A stretch of 14,073 nt of DNA from Pseudobacteriovorax sp. Lineage in GTDB: Bacteria > Bdellovibrionota_B > Oligoflexia > Oligoflexales > Oligoflexaceae. The DNA lies in contig JBNKNM010000146.1 in NCBI GenBank assembly GCA_050293845.1, positions 1 through 14,073 of the forward strand, read 5' to 3'. Position numbers and translations under genes: made by a program. This document shows, piece after piece, positions 1 to 7,989 of the stretch; the first letter of the stretch is position 1; each line of letters starts with the position of its first letter. Under the pieces are notes generated by a model. That model was not told the origin of the DNA. It saw only the letters and a program-made list of their open reading frames with translations, and made no database searches.

Positions 1-340
1 GTTGAGATATACATCGAATGTTGATTTATAGCTTCGATTCGGTTTAGTTGAAGTTTTCTCCTATAGAATTCTAGACAAGTCAAAATACTCACGCATTCCT
101 TAAGCATTAGCTTATGGCATCCACTAAACGCTAAATAAAATTTTTTTTTGCACTATTTTTAGGAAAAATTGGATTTTTAATTTGACTAATGGTTGTTATA
201 TAGCTGTCTGCGGGAGAATAGTCAGAAATGAGTTATGTCTTGTGGAAGCCGAGGTCAATATTTAACCGAGTGGTTTTTTGTAGAAAATCATGGAAAAATT
301 CTCTCACTTATTAAAACAATGACTAAAAGAGAACTCCACC

Positions 341-631
341 ATGGCTGCCTTCAGTTTTGAACGAAAGCTGCGTCTAGTCAACTTAAAATACGAAGAAACC
401 CTTTCTTTTCAAGAGACTCCTGCTCGTACAGGAATTCCCAAATCAACCATCTACGACAGTATTTCCTGCTATAGAGAGCAAGTCGCATCATGTCGTGGAG
501 CTACTAATACACGCCCTTTTGAGAGGCTGGTCAGAACAAGTTTGTCTTTGGCTATGAACGGCAAATGCTCATCCAGAGATTATCAGTTGTTGGCCAAAGT
601 CTATTTGTTTTGGGGTTCGTTGATGGTTTGA
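341..631 (+). pseudogene. Possible helix-turn-helix fragment (transposase N-terminus-like), probably degenerate
   Basis: The N-terminal part RKLRLVNLKYEETLSFQETPARTGIPKSTIYDSISCY resembles the LS-x-R-x-IA-x-x-LGI-S-K-STVY HTH of IS21/IS3-type transposases. The rest looks non-coding and overlaps the convergent antiporter 3' end by 31 nt. No DDE domain or terminal inverted repeats seen. Confidence 0.3.
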
Positions 632-2661
632 CCTTTTTTCAAAAAATCGGCCAATTCACCAGCACACTCGGGAGAGGAAATAACATGTATGATGTCTCCA
701 GCTAAAAGAGTGAAATCACGGCCAGGGATTTTGGTTCCCATTCCTTTGCGAAAAACCGAAACAACTAAACCCCCTGTTCGTTCCAATAATGCCAGTTCCG
801 CCAATGTCTTACCAGCAGCAAAATACTCTTTTTCAATTTGAAGAGGACGGATGGAAGTTAGTGTATCCCATGAAGGAAGGGACAGTATGTTGTAGCGATG
901 ACCAGTACCGATGACACCGTGGGCTATGAGCTGTTGTTTTGCCTGGAGTGCGTAATCAAATATAAGCTGCGAAGGCAGTCCGTACCCCTTAAGAACATTA
1001 GCTACCAATTCGGTAGCAGTTTCAATCTCGGCAATGACAACTGTAATCCGGGGGTCGAGCTTTAAGTTGGCCATGTTACGGGTGTATTGAATGCGGACTA
1101 TAATAGGAACATCGGGACGTACCTTGCGAATCTCTCCGATGATCCCTGGAATGGAATGCGTATCTGAAATAGCAATTACCACTATTTTAGCGTGTTCAAT
1201 ACCAGCCTGATTTAGTATGTCGTGGCTTTTGGCGTTACCAAAGCAAATGGTAATTCCTGCTAGCTTTGCCTTTTTGACAAGCTCATAGTTTGACTCGATT
1301 ACATGATAGGGGATGAGTAGATCCTGTAGAGCGCTCACAACATTGTGTCCGGCTATTCCATAGCCGATCACGATGGTTTCCGGAATGTGTGTGGTATTAT
1401 GTCCGGTAGAAGCGATGGTTTTGCTACTTTGCTTTCTTAACCGCCTTTTGATAGATATTGACTCTGGGAGGAAGTTAAGTGATTTCCAATTAACGAAGGG
1501 ACGTGATTGCACAATTTTAGGACCCATAAGATACATTAAAGGTGTAAACATCATGGAAAGAACCGAAATAGCCATAAAATACTGGCTATCTAGAGTATCT
1601 AGTAGATTCAAGTCAGCTGCTTGCGAAGCAATCAAAAATGAAAACTCACCCACCTGACTGATGCTGAGTGCTGTAAGAAGGGCAACACTTACAGACGTAC
1701 GGTTGACCAAACACACCAGAAATACAATTCCGGATTTAAGGAAGAAAAATCCAAGTCCTAGCATCATTATTAACGAAAAATTGATAACCATGAACTTGAC
1801 ATCTAAAAGCATACCAATAGTTACAAAAAATAGACCAAGAAAGGTGTCTCTCAGGGTTGTGAATATGGAGGTGGCTTGATGACCAAAGGCACTTTCAGAC
1901 ACTATGGCACCAGCTATGAAGGCGCCAATGGATAACGATAATCCTACAAGGTGAAACAAGTAGCCCGTACCCAAGCAAATAAAAATAATGCTAATCAGAA
2001 AAAGCTCGTGACTACGTGTGGCTACGACACGTTCGAGAATGAATGATAAAAGAAACTGCTTCGTTATATAAAGGACAACAGCAATAGCAGCTACCTTACC
2101 TAGCCATAAAAATACTGCAAACCCAGTGACCCCTAGGGTATCGTTTGATCCAGGACTCAGAAGAGGAATAATTAGTATCATAGGGATGACAATTAGATCC
2201 TGGAAAAGGAGAATACCAATGCTATTTTTTCCATGGGGGGCGTCTATATCGCGGTAATCGTGTAATAGCTTGAGCACGAGTGCCGTCGAACTGAGAGAAA
2301 TCATGAAACCCCAAAGTAAAGCCTTATTAAGGGGATAGGAAAGGGAGTAACCAATAGAAAAAACAGCAGCAATAGTAATAAGAACTTGAGCCGTACCAAG
2401 TTTGAGGAGTTGATGGTGTAGCTCTTTTAGTTTTAAAAAAGAAAACTCAAGACCTATGGTAAACATGAGAATGACACTGGCCAACTCTGTTAAACTATAA
2501 GCATCAGGAAGGCTAGAAACTAGTTTGAAGCTATGGGGACCTATCAAGACACCGGTAATGACAAAGCCTATCATAATAGGGAGACGAAGAAAATGACTGA
2601 AGACTGCCGTTACAGTAGCCACACCAGAGAGAATAAGTATGTCAAGAAAGAGAATTGGCAC
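601..2661 (-). CDS. Monovalent cation:proton antiporter-2 (CPA2, KefB/KefC/YbaL-like K+/H+ antiporter) with TrkA-N (RCK_N) and TrkA-C (RCK_C) domains
   Basis: 686 aa with a GTG start. About 12-13 hydrophobic segments with CPA2 motifs (GVLIGP, FTIGLEFS, SLSSTALVLK, GILLFQD, LGLFFVTIGM, SQVGEFSF). Rossmann GxGxxG (VIGYGIAG) and GNAKSHDILNQAGI mark TrkA-N. C-terminal AGKTLAEL...IPGRDFTLLAGD marks TrkA-C. Confidence 0.93.
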   Translation of the reverse strand: MPILFLDILILSGVATVTAVFSHFLRLPIMIGFVITGVLIGPHSFKLVSSLPDAYSLTELASVILMFTIGLEFSFLKLKELHHQLLKLGTAQVLITIAAVFSIGYSLSYPLNKALLWGFMISLSSTALVLKLLHDYRDIDAPHGKNSIGILLFQDLIVIPMILIIPLLSPGSNDTLGVTGFAVFLWLGKVAAIAVVLYITKQFLLSFILERVVATRSHELFLISIIFICLGTGYLFHLVGLSLSIGAFIAGAIVSESAFGHQATSIFTTLRDTFLGLFFVTIGMLLDVKFMVINFSLIMMLGLGFFFLKSGIVFLVCLVNRTSVSVALLTALSISQVGEFSFLIASQAADLNLLDTLDSQYFMAISVLSMMFTPLMYLMGPKIVQSRPFVNWKSLNFLPESISIKRRLRKQSSKTIASTGHNTTHIPETIVIGYGIAGHNVVSALQDLLIPYHVIESNYELVKKAKLAGITICFGNAKSHDILNQAGIEHAKIVVIAISDTHSIPGIIGEIRKVRPDVPIIVRIQYTRNMANLKLDPRITVVIAEIETATELVANVLKGYGLPSQLIFDYALQAKQQLIAHGVIGTGHRYNILSLPSWDTLTSIRPLQIEKEYFAAGKTLAELALLERTGGLVVSVFRKGMGTKIPGRDFTLLAGDIIHVISSPECAGELADFLKKGQTINEPQNK

Positions 2662-2691
2662 AATCTAATTTTTCCCAAAATTTAAGGACTA

Positions 2692-2700
2692 ATTGTATCA
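2692..2700 (-). promoter_or_regulatory. Candidate extended -10 sigma70 promoter for the antiporter
   Basis: Minus strand reads TG-A-TACAAT about 30 nt upstream of the GTG start. Motif match only. Confidence 0.3.
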
Positions 2701-2822
2701 TAATACAAGAAAGTTCAATAGGGAATTCAAGTACAATCTTGTGGCAATAAATCTGTGTAACTACCTACGACCTTGCTAATGGGGTAAAGCGGTTCGAAGC
2801 AGAATAAAAATCGGATTTGGAA

Positions 2823-5405
2823 TTAGAATCTTGCCTTGAAACCGGTAAAAAGGGCAGTGATTATAGTGTCGGCGTCCATCAGTGGTTTTTCCACAAAATG
2901 ATCTATCGCTTTAGTTCTCGTGACTGATCCGTCGGTTGACATGGCAACAGCCGTAATACTGGGGTATGCCTCCTTTGCTTGGGCAATGAGCTTTAAACCT
3001 TCAGCCTGGTCCAGGGAAGACCAGTTTAGATGAATATCAGCAAGTAAAAAATCAAAGGATGTGGCTTCGAGTTTTTGAATACCTTCCTCATAGCTTGAAG
3101 CTTCCTCGCAATTGATATATGAGGAAAGCTCTTCAAACATATATTGTCTTTGCAGGGTTTCGTCTTCAACAAGAAGCAATTTTTTGTCTTTAAGGGAATT
3201 TTTAAAATCCATAAAATTAATATGTTCTGGTTCTGAATTCAGATTACTAAAATTAAAACTGCTTTGCAAAACATTAATAGCATCCATGGGGAGTTTGGGT
3301 AATAACCCTTGAACATGTTTTGGCGCTGGAATATCACTGCTCGTACAAAGATAAATGGGAAGTTGAGAATCAATTTCGATAATATGATCGATAACATCTA
3401 GGCACGTCTTGCCATCGTCAAGATAATAATCAGCGATAACAGCAGCTACATCGTGGAAATAACCAGGAGTTTGAGATGTCTTTAAAAAGTCAGCAAATGT
3501 TGTAAAAACTTCACAATCGCCGTTATCTTCAAATAGTTCTTCCCAGGCTGCAGCGAGAACGGGACTATCTTCTATGATTATGATTTTCCCAGGAAATGAT
3601 GGATGTGCACTGATGCTCCCGAGTATTTGCTCATCTGTCAGCTTCATTGCTGAGGCGAGTATTTTTAATAAGTGAATTCTGGTCATAGGTTTAGGAAGAA
3701 AAATGTCTGCGCCGGCCGAAAGAGCTTGGGATTGATATTCTAGTGCTCCTCGGTTGGAGTGAATGCAAATTTTACAATTCGGCATATACTTTCTTATGGT
3801 TGCTACTACATCAAAACCGCTCAAACGCCCGCGACCTAGGTCAACATCTAAGATAATCACATCGAATGAACTTTCGGGTATTTCCGCAAGCAATGCTTCG
3901 CCTGTGTCAAAATCTTTCACGAAAAGTTTATGATAAAGTATCTCGCTAAACTCAAGATGGCTTCGCAGGTGATGACGATAAATGGCTTCATCGTCAATCA
4001 ATGCAACTTGAATAATATGGTCAATACTAGCAATGATGTGCTGCTCGAGGGCTTGCTCTTGGGCGGATGGTTCAACTTTTAATGGGGAATGAGAGGCTCC
4101 CTCTTCAAAAGCAATATGAAAGGATTCAGCTTCATATATTTCTTGACTGGAATAGAGGAGCGGGATGTTATTGTCGTCTCGCTCGACAGCTAAAGGAAGT
4201 GTTAAGAAAAATTCTGTACCATTTTCCCGTGAGGATTGGCATCTTATTTTGCCTCCGTGGGACTCGACTACCTTTTTCGCAATAGCTAGTCCCAATCCAG
4301 TGCCTCCTTTTTTTCCTTTTGTAAAGAAAGCTTCAAATAACTGAGCTCTATCACTAGAAGATATGTAGGTTTTTGAATTACCAATACAAATTTCAATATT
4401 ACCTTGGATTTCATGACTGTAAAACCAAAGTTCTCCAGAATTCTTCATATGTTCGATAGCATTGGCAATAATATTACTAAAAACGCGACTTATTTTAAGG
4501 CGGTTTACCATAAATTTATGTTGGTGTTGCAATCTGTATGTAATGGTAATATTAGCATCACGATTGAAACGAAATAGACTGTTAAGGACATCTTTGATAA
4601 TCTGTGATACTGATTCAGCCTCGGTTAATAGCTCGCAATCAGTTTTTCCAACCTCCATAACATCCTGAATCATGCCGTTCACACTCTCCAGAGAAGAGGA
4701 AATCTCCGGGATACTGTCCTTTAACAGTTTCGTGATCTGCTCACTGTTCTTAGCTGTAGAAACCATCTGAACTAAAGCTGAGATCAATGTGAATGGTTTT
4801 CTTACATCGTGGGCAAGCATTTGGGTCGTTTGGGCTATGGATTGATTTACTATATTTTCTCGTCTTGCAATCTCCAATTGCTTTATTTTTTGTTTATTAG
4901 CGAAAAATTTCCAAGAATATAGCAATAGTGCTACAAAAATCAGCACGAAAATCCTTGAAATATTTAACAGTGTAATAAATGAAGAAGAGCTTCTGGAAAA
5001 AAAAGATATGGACCAAGTGCCATTCGGAGAGTTGAGATTAACTTTTGCAGATCCAATGTCCATCCATATCATCGAAGGGGACAAGTTTTTACACTGTGAA
5101 CTGACACTGGTGACAACTTTAATGGGTTCTGTTTTATGGATGAAGAATTCAGGACAAAGTATATATCCAATCTTTTCGGCACTTTCTAGTGTGAAAATAG
5201 CACCGGTGATGTCTCCTGTGAAGGCGTTTCTACCAATAAGGGATTCAATGCCTTTTCTTTTCTCATCAATAGAAAGCAATTGCATTCTATAAAAAAGAAA
5301 TTGTACTAATGCTAATAAAAAAAAGGAAAATACAGAAAATTTAGCTATATTATAAATCGTCCTTCCCCTCCCTTTTCCCAGCCTATAAAATCTTCGAATA
5401 AGCAA
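2823..5405 (-). CDS. Membrane-bound hybrid sensor histidine kinase (2 TM helices, ~100-aa periplasmic sensor, HisKA, HATPase_c, three receiver domains)
   Basis: TM1 FSVFSFFLLALVQFLFY and TM2 FITLLNISRIFVLIFVALLLYSW. H-box QMLAHDVRKPF, N-box RVFSNIIANAIEH, F-box LFEAFFT, G2 GTGLGL. Receivers: LIDDE/ILDVD/PKP, IIEDS/IADYY/PKLP, LVEDE/LADIH/EKP. The start is uncertain because the TTG at 5405 overlaps the YcaO gene by 61 nt. Confidence 0.93.
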   Translation of the reverse strand: MLIRRFYRLGKGRGRTIYNIAKFSVFSFFLLALVQFLFYRMQLLSIDEKRKGIESLIGRNAFTGDITGAIFTLESAEKIGYILCPEFFIHKTEPIKVVTSVSSQCKNLSPSMIWMDIGSAKVNLNSPNGTWSISFFSRSSSSFITLLNISRIFVLIFVALLLYSWKFFANKQKIKQLEIARRENIVNQSIAQTTQMLAHDVRKPFTLISALVQMVSTAKNSEQITKLLKDSIPEISSSLESVNGMIQDVMEVGKTDCELLTEAESVSQIIKDVLNSLFRFNRDANITITYRLQHQHKFMVNRLKISRVFSNIIANAIEHMKNSGELWFYSHEIQGNIEICIGNSKTYISSSDRAQLFEAFFTKGKKGGTGLGLAIAKKVVESHGGKIRCQSSRENGTEFFLTLPLAVERDDNNIPLLYSSQEIYEAESFHIAFEEGASHSPLKVEPSAQEQALEQHIIASIDHIIQVALIDDEAIYRHHLRSHLEFSEILYHKLFVKDFDTGEALLAEIPESSFDVIILDVDLGRGRLSGFDVVATIRKYMPNCKICIHSNRGALEYQSQALSAGADIFLPKPMTRIHLLKILASAMKLTDEQILGSISAHPSFPGKIIIIEDSPVLAAAWEELFEDNGDCEVFTTFADFLKTSQTPGYFHDVAAVIADYYLDDGKTCLDVIDHIIEIDSQLPIYLCTSSDIPAPKHVQGLLPKLPMDAINVLQSSFNFSNLNSEPEHINFMDFKNSLKDKKLLLVEDETLQRQYMFEELSSYINCEEASSYEEGIQKLEATSFDFLLADIHLNWSSLDQAEGLKLIAQAKEAYPSITAVAMSTDGSVTRTKAIDHFVEKPLMDADTIITALFTGFKARF

Positions 5406-6187
5406 CGGTAAAGGTAAAAACCATCATCTATAACTATATTGTCTAACAATCTTATTTTTGGTTTTGTCCACGTTTGATCACGCTTTTTATTGAAAACTAT
5501 ATTATGGGCATGCTTTTTCTGAGTTGCAAAATAATTGATTCTTTCTAAAATTGAATGACTTTCAAACATTTCGCTCTCTTGATAAATTCTTAGGTTTCTA
5601 AAGCATTCAAGTACGGAATGGTTTAATAAATCAGGAAGTGTTTGGCCGACTTTAGAGCCTACAAAAACTCCATCATCTAAATCGCATAAGGTTACCATGA
5701 AATAAAAACAACCTTCCTCCTCCAATTCAAATTTCTTAAAAAAATGGTATGATTTATCAAAGTATAGTAGCACTTCTTTGGTTATGTCCGAGTATAGTGT
5801 TGTCGGGAACTCAATCATAGAAAGATCGCAACTATGGTCGATCCATTGTTCCCAAGCCCATCTTTCTAACCCTTCTGCTATGGCTCTTGTTCTGGTTCTT
5901 TTCTTGTGAAATCCCCCGGCAAATCCATCAGTAGAAGGATACTGGGATAAGTTAAATTTATTCTGGTAATTTTTCTTACAAAGATCATTAAAAGCAATTC
6001 GCTCTAAAAGCTCTGAAAATGCAATCTGTCGTGAGATCTTTTTTACAGGATGAAATCCCGATGAAATACAGTTTTGGTACTTAAGAGTACAGTGCCAAGC
6101 AAGTATGCCTCCTTGCTGATTCAATAGCCTCGCTTCTTGAATGTATTCGATTTGATTGATTAAATCTTGTAGAGTAATATCTAGCAT
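5345..6187 (-). CDS. YcaO-family protein (compact, stand-alone ATP-dependent amide-activating RiPP enzyme)
   Basis: 280 aa with three YcaO-type motifs in the expected order: SSGFH...IAFSELLERIAF (E-x-x-ER), STDGFAGG...AIAEGLERWA (SNG-x-A-x-G...E-x-x-ER) and GSKVG...HSVLECFRN (third Glu). The ATG is 7 nt after the SBP stop. Confidence 0.78.
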   Translation of the reverse strand: MLDITLQDLINQIEYIQEARLLNQQGGILAWHCTLKYQNCISSGFHPVKKISRQIAFSELLERIAFNDLCKKNYQNKFNLSQYPSTDGFAGGFHKKRTRTRAIAEGLERWAWEQWIDHSCDLSMIEFPTTLYSDITKEVLLYFDKSYHFFKKFELEEEGCFYFMVTLCDLDDGVFVGSKVGQTLPDLLNHSVLECFRNLRIYQESEMFESHSILERINYFATQKKHAHNIVFNKKRDQTWTKPKIRLLDNIVIDDGFYLYRCLFEDFIGWEKGGEGRFII

Positions 6188-6194
6188 TTATGTC

Positions 6195-7745
6195 TCAATA
6201 AATTTCTAACTGATCAAAGTAATTGAATTCGAATGTCATGGACTTACTTTTTAGCTTTACCTGATCACCGAGAATAATATTGTCTCTTCTCACATATAGA
6301 GGGAGAACTGATTTTTGCTCGTATACTATTTGATTGAAAGTTTCTATATACGCTTTATTCATTTTAGATCCTTGCTGGCGAAAAGTCTTAGTCATGTTGC
6401 ATATTCTTCCATCAGTATCTATGAAACCGGCTCCCATATTAGTGCACCACATCATATCGATAACCCAGTTTGTAATCGAAGCACCTGTGGCAACAGAGAC
6501 ATATCTAATATCAAACATGTGTGCATGATTAGCGACAGAAACCGAAATTAGACTCTTGTTTTTCCAATCAGTATACTCAATTTCAAAGCCCATTTTCTGA
6601 GCAGCATAGTTCACTGCATTATTTATAGGTTGAAATTTTCCGGGTTTTGGAAGTGAGCTGAGAAACTTAACTTTTTTTCGCAGATTCTTGTTGGGAAGAA
6701 ACTTTTTTGTAACTGGAGGATCAACTTTGATTTTAGAGTTATTAAAGAGAAAGATTGAGTCCGTAAGAAAGTATCCCGGCTTTTCTGCAAGGTTTTTTTG
6801 GAATTGTTCGTAAAAATATTTAGAAAAATGACGCCGTGTTGCAATATCTTGAAATGGCGAGTTTGCTGTTCTATTGCTCAGGTTCAAAACAGCAAGTAAA
6901 TTAGGTGGTCCGGAATGTATTTTATATACAGAAGGTATAGAGAGTCTGTTTTTGTTTTTAACAATGGCAAAAATATTTCCTTTGTTAGCCTTTAGAATAT
7001 TTTGGATATACTTATAATTAGGGTAAGACATCTTAATCTTTTGTGGCGAATGATGACTATCGGAAAGTAGCCAGTCACTCCTTTTTGCCAGTATTATGTG
7101 ATCTTGCGTTCTTTCTATTAATTTATAGAGATTGGAGGAAATAATTGTTTTTGGATTTATGAAACGGCCCTTTGCGTCAAAGTTTTTTTTACAAAAGTAG
7201 CCGAATACAGGCATATTGAGATATGTTAAAATATCAGGATCTCGATGAGATAATTTAAAAGAAAGAGTATTTTTCGAAAATGAGATTCCTGTAATTTTAG
7301 AATTTTCGCCTTTTTGAAAAGCACTCCACCCTTCTAAATTCGAGAAAAAAAGTGGTTTGTTTTTTTTCTTGAAAAAAGTGGCAACTATATGGAGAACATC
7401 ATAGTAATTTTCAGCAGTGATCGGCTCACCGTCCTCGCATTTGACGCCTTCCCTTAATTTAAAATTGTATCGCAAGCTATCAACGGAGATAGCAAAACTT
7501 TCAGCGAGATAGGGTTCATCCATCGTTTGTCTGACGGGTCTAACCAACGTTGCAACCAGTTGGCGCAAAGGTAAGTCATTATGTAAGTACTCGGCACCGA
7601 GAGGAGAAAATTCTACAGTTTCAATTTCTCCATCAAAGAGTTGGGCTAATACTAGTAAGGTATTATTATCAGCTTTTAGGGAGGGGAAGAATATGAAAAA
7701 AAGAATGTTTACGAATATAATTCTCTGGCCAAAACTATTACTCAT
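6195..7745 (-). CDS. Extracellular solute-binding protein family 5 (OppA/DppA-like peptide-binding protein), orphan
   Basis: Family-5 signature EPYLAESFAISVDSLRYNFKLREGVKCEDGEPITAENY. Sec signal peptide MSNSFGQRIIFVNILFFIFFPSLKA. The preferred start is ATG 7745 rather than 7781: it has a GGGGGA SD-like sequence about 10 nt upstream and overlaps the upstream peptide stop (ATGAGTAA). 516 aa. Confidence 0.88.
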   Translation of the reverse strand: MSNSFGQRIIFVNILFFIFFPSLKADNNTLLVLAQLFDGEIETVEFSPLGAEYLHNDLPLRQLVATLVRPVRQTMDEPYLAESFAISVDSLRYNFKLREGVKCEDGEPITAENYYDVLHIVATFFKKKNKPLFFSNLEGWSAFQKGENSKITGISFSKNTLSFKLSHRDPDILTYLNMPVFGYFCKKNFDAKGRFINPKTIISSNLYKLIERTQDHIILAKRSDWLLSDSHHSPQKIKMSYPNYKYIQNILKANKGNIFAIVKNKNRLSIPSVYKIHSGPPNLLAVLNLSNRTANSPFQDIATRRHFSKYFYEQFQKNLAEKPGYFLTDSIFLFNNSKIKVDPPVTKKFLPNKNLRKKVKFLSSLPKPGKFQPINNAVNYAAQKMGFEIEYTDWKNKSLISVSVANHAHMFDIRYVSVATGASITNWVIDMMWCTNMGAGFIDTDGRICNMTKTFRQQGSKMNKAYIETFNQIVYEQKSVLPLYVRRDNIILGDQVKLKSKSMTFEFNYFDQLEIY

Positions 7746-7938
7746 GATCGACACTTCCCCCGACGCCATTAGATGCAGCAATAATAGTTGAAAAACTTGT
7801 TTCTTGGCTTATCATGTCAAACCGAGAAAAATCTAAATATGACTCCTCATATGGGTGCTTAGCGCCAGATTTACCCGGTTGTCGCTGGATTACTAATTCT
7901 TTTAAGTCTTTATTGTTTTCAAATTTTTGAACTTTCAC
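7738..7938 (-). CDS. Small 66-aa peptide, candidate RiPP precursor or signalling pro-peptide
   Basis: GTG start and tandem TAA-TAG stops. The stop overlaps the SBP start by 8 nt, which suggests translational coupling. The charged N-terminal half is leader-like and is followed by the S/T/G-rich tail SQETSFSTIIAASNGVGGSVDHE. First gene of a cassette that contains a YcaO. Confidence 0.62.
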   Translation of the reverse strand: MKVQKFENNKDLKELVIQRQPGKSGAKHPYEESYLDFSRFDMISQETSFSTIIAASNGVGGSVDHE

Positions 7939-7959
7939 ATAAGAACTCTATGTACTTGA

Positions 7960-7989
7960 ATTTTACTTTTTAAAGGTTAATAAGTGCAA
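7960..7989 (-). promoter_or_regulatory. Candidate sigma70 promoter for the peptide-SBP-YcaO-kinase cassette
   Basis: Minus strand reads TTGCAC (7989-7984), 18-nt spacer, TAAAAT (7965-7960), about 20 nt upstream of the peptide GTG. The AT-rich context makes a chance match possible. Confidence 0.3.

Noticed and set aside
1..107. Open minus-strand frame running off the left edge (MLKECVSILTCLEFYRRK...)
   Set aside because: Only about 35 codons visible, with no motif or clear SD.
1373..1879. Plus-strand ORFs 1373..1657 and 1661..1879
   Set aside because: Antisense shadows of the well-supported antiporter gene, with no recognisable motifs.
3112..5292. Plus-strand ORFs at 3112, 4067, 4462 and 5008
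   Set aside because: Antisense to the histidine kinase, short, and without protein features.
6315..6844. Short ORFs 6315..6551, 6334..6528 and 6623..6844 as alternative precursor peptides
   Set aside because: Fully embedded in the SBP gene (antisense or alternate frame), with no independent expression signals.
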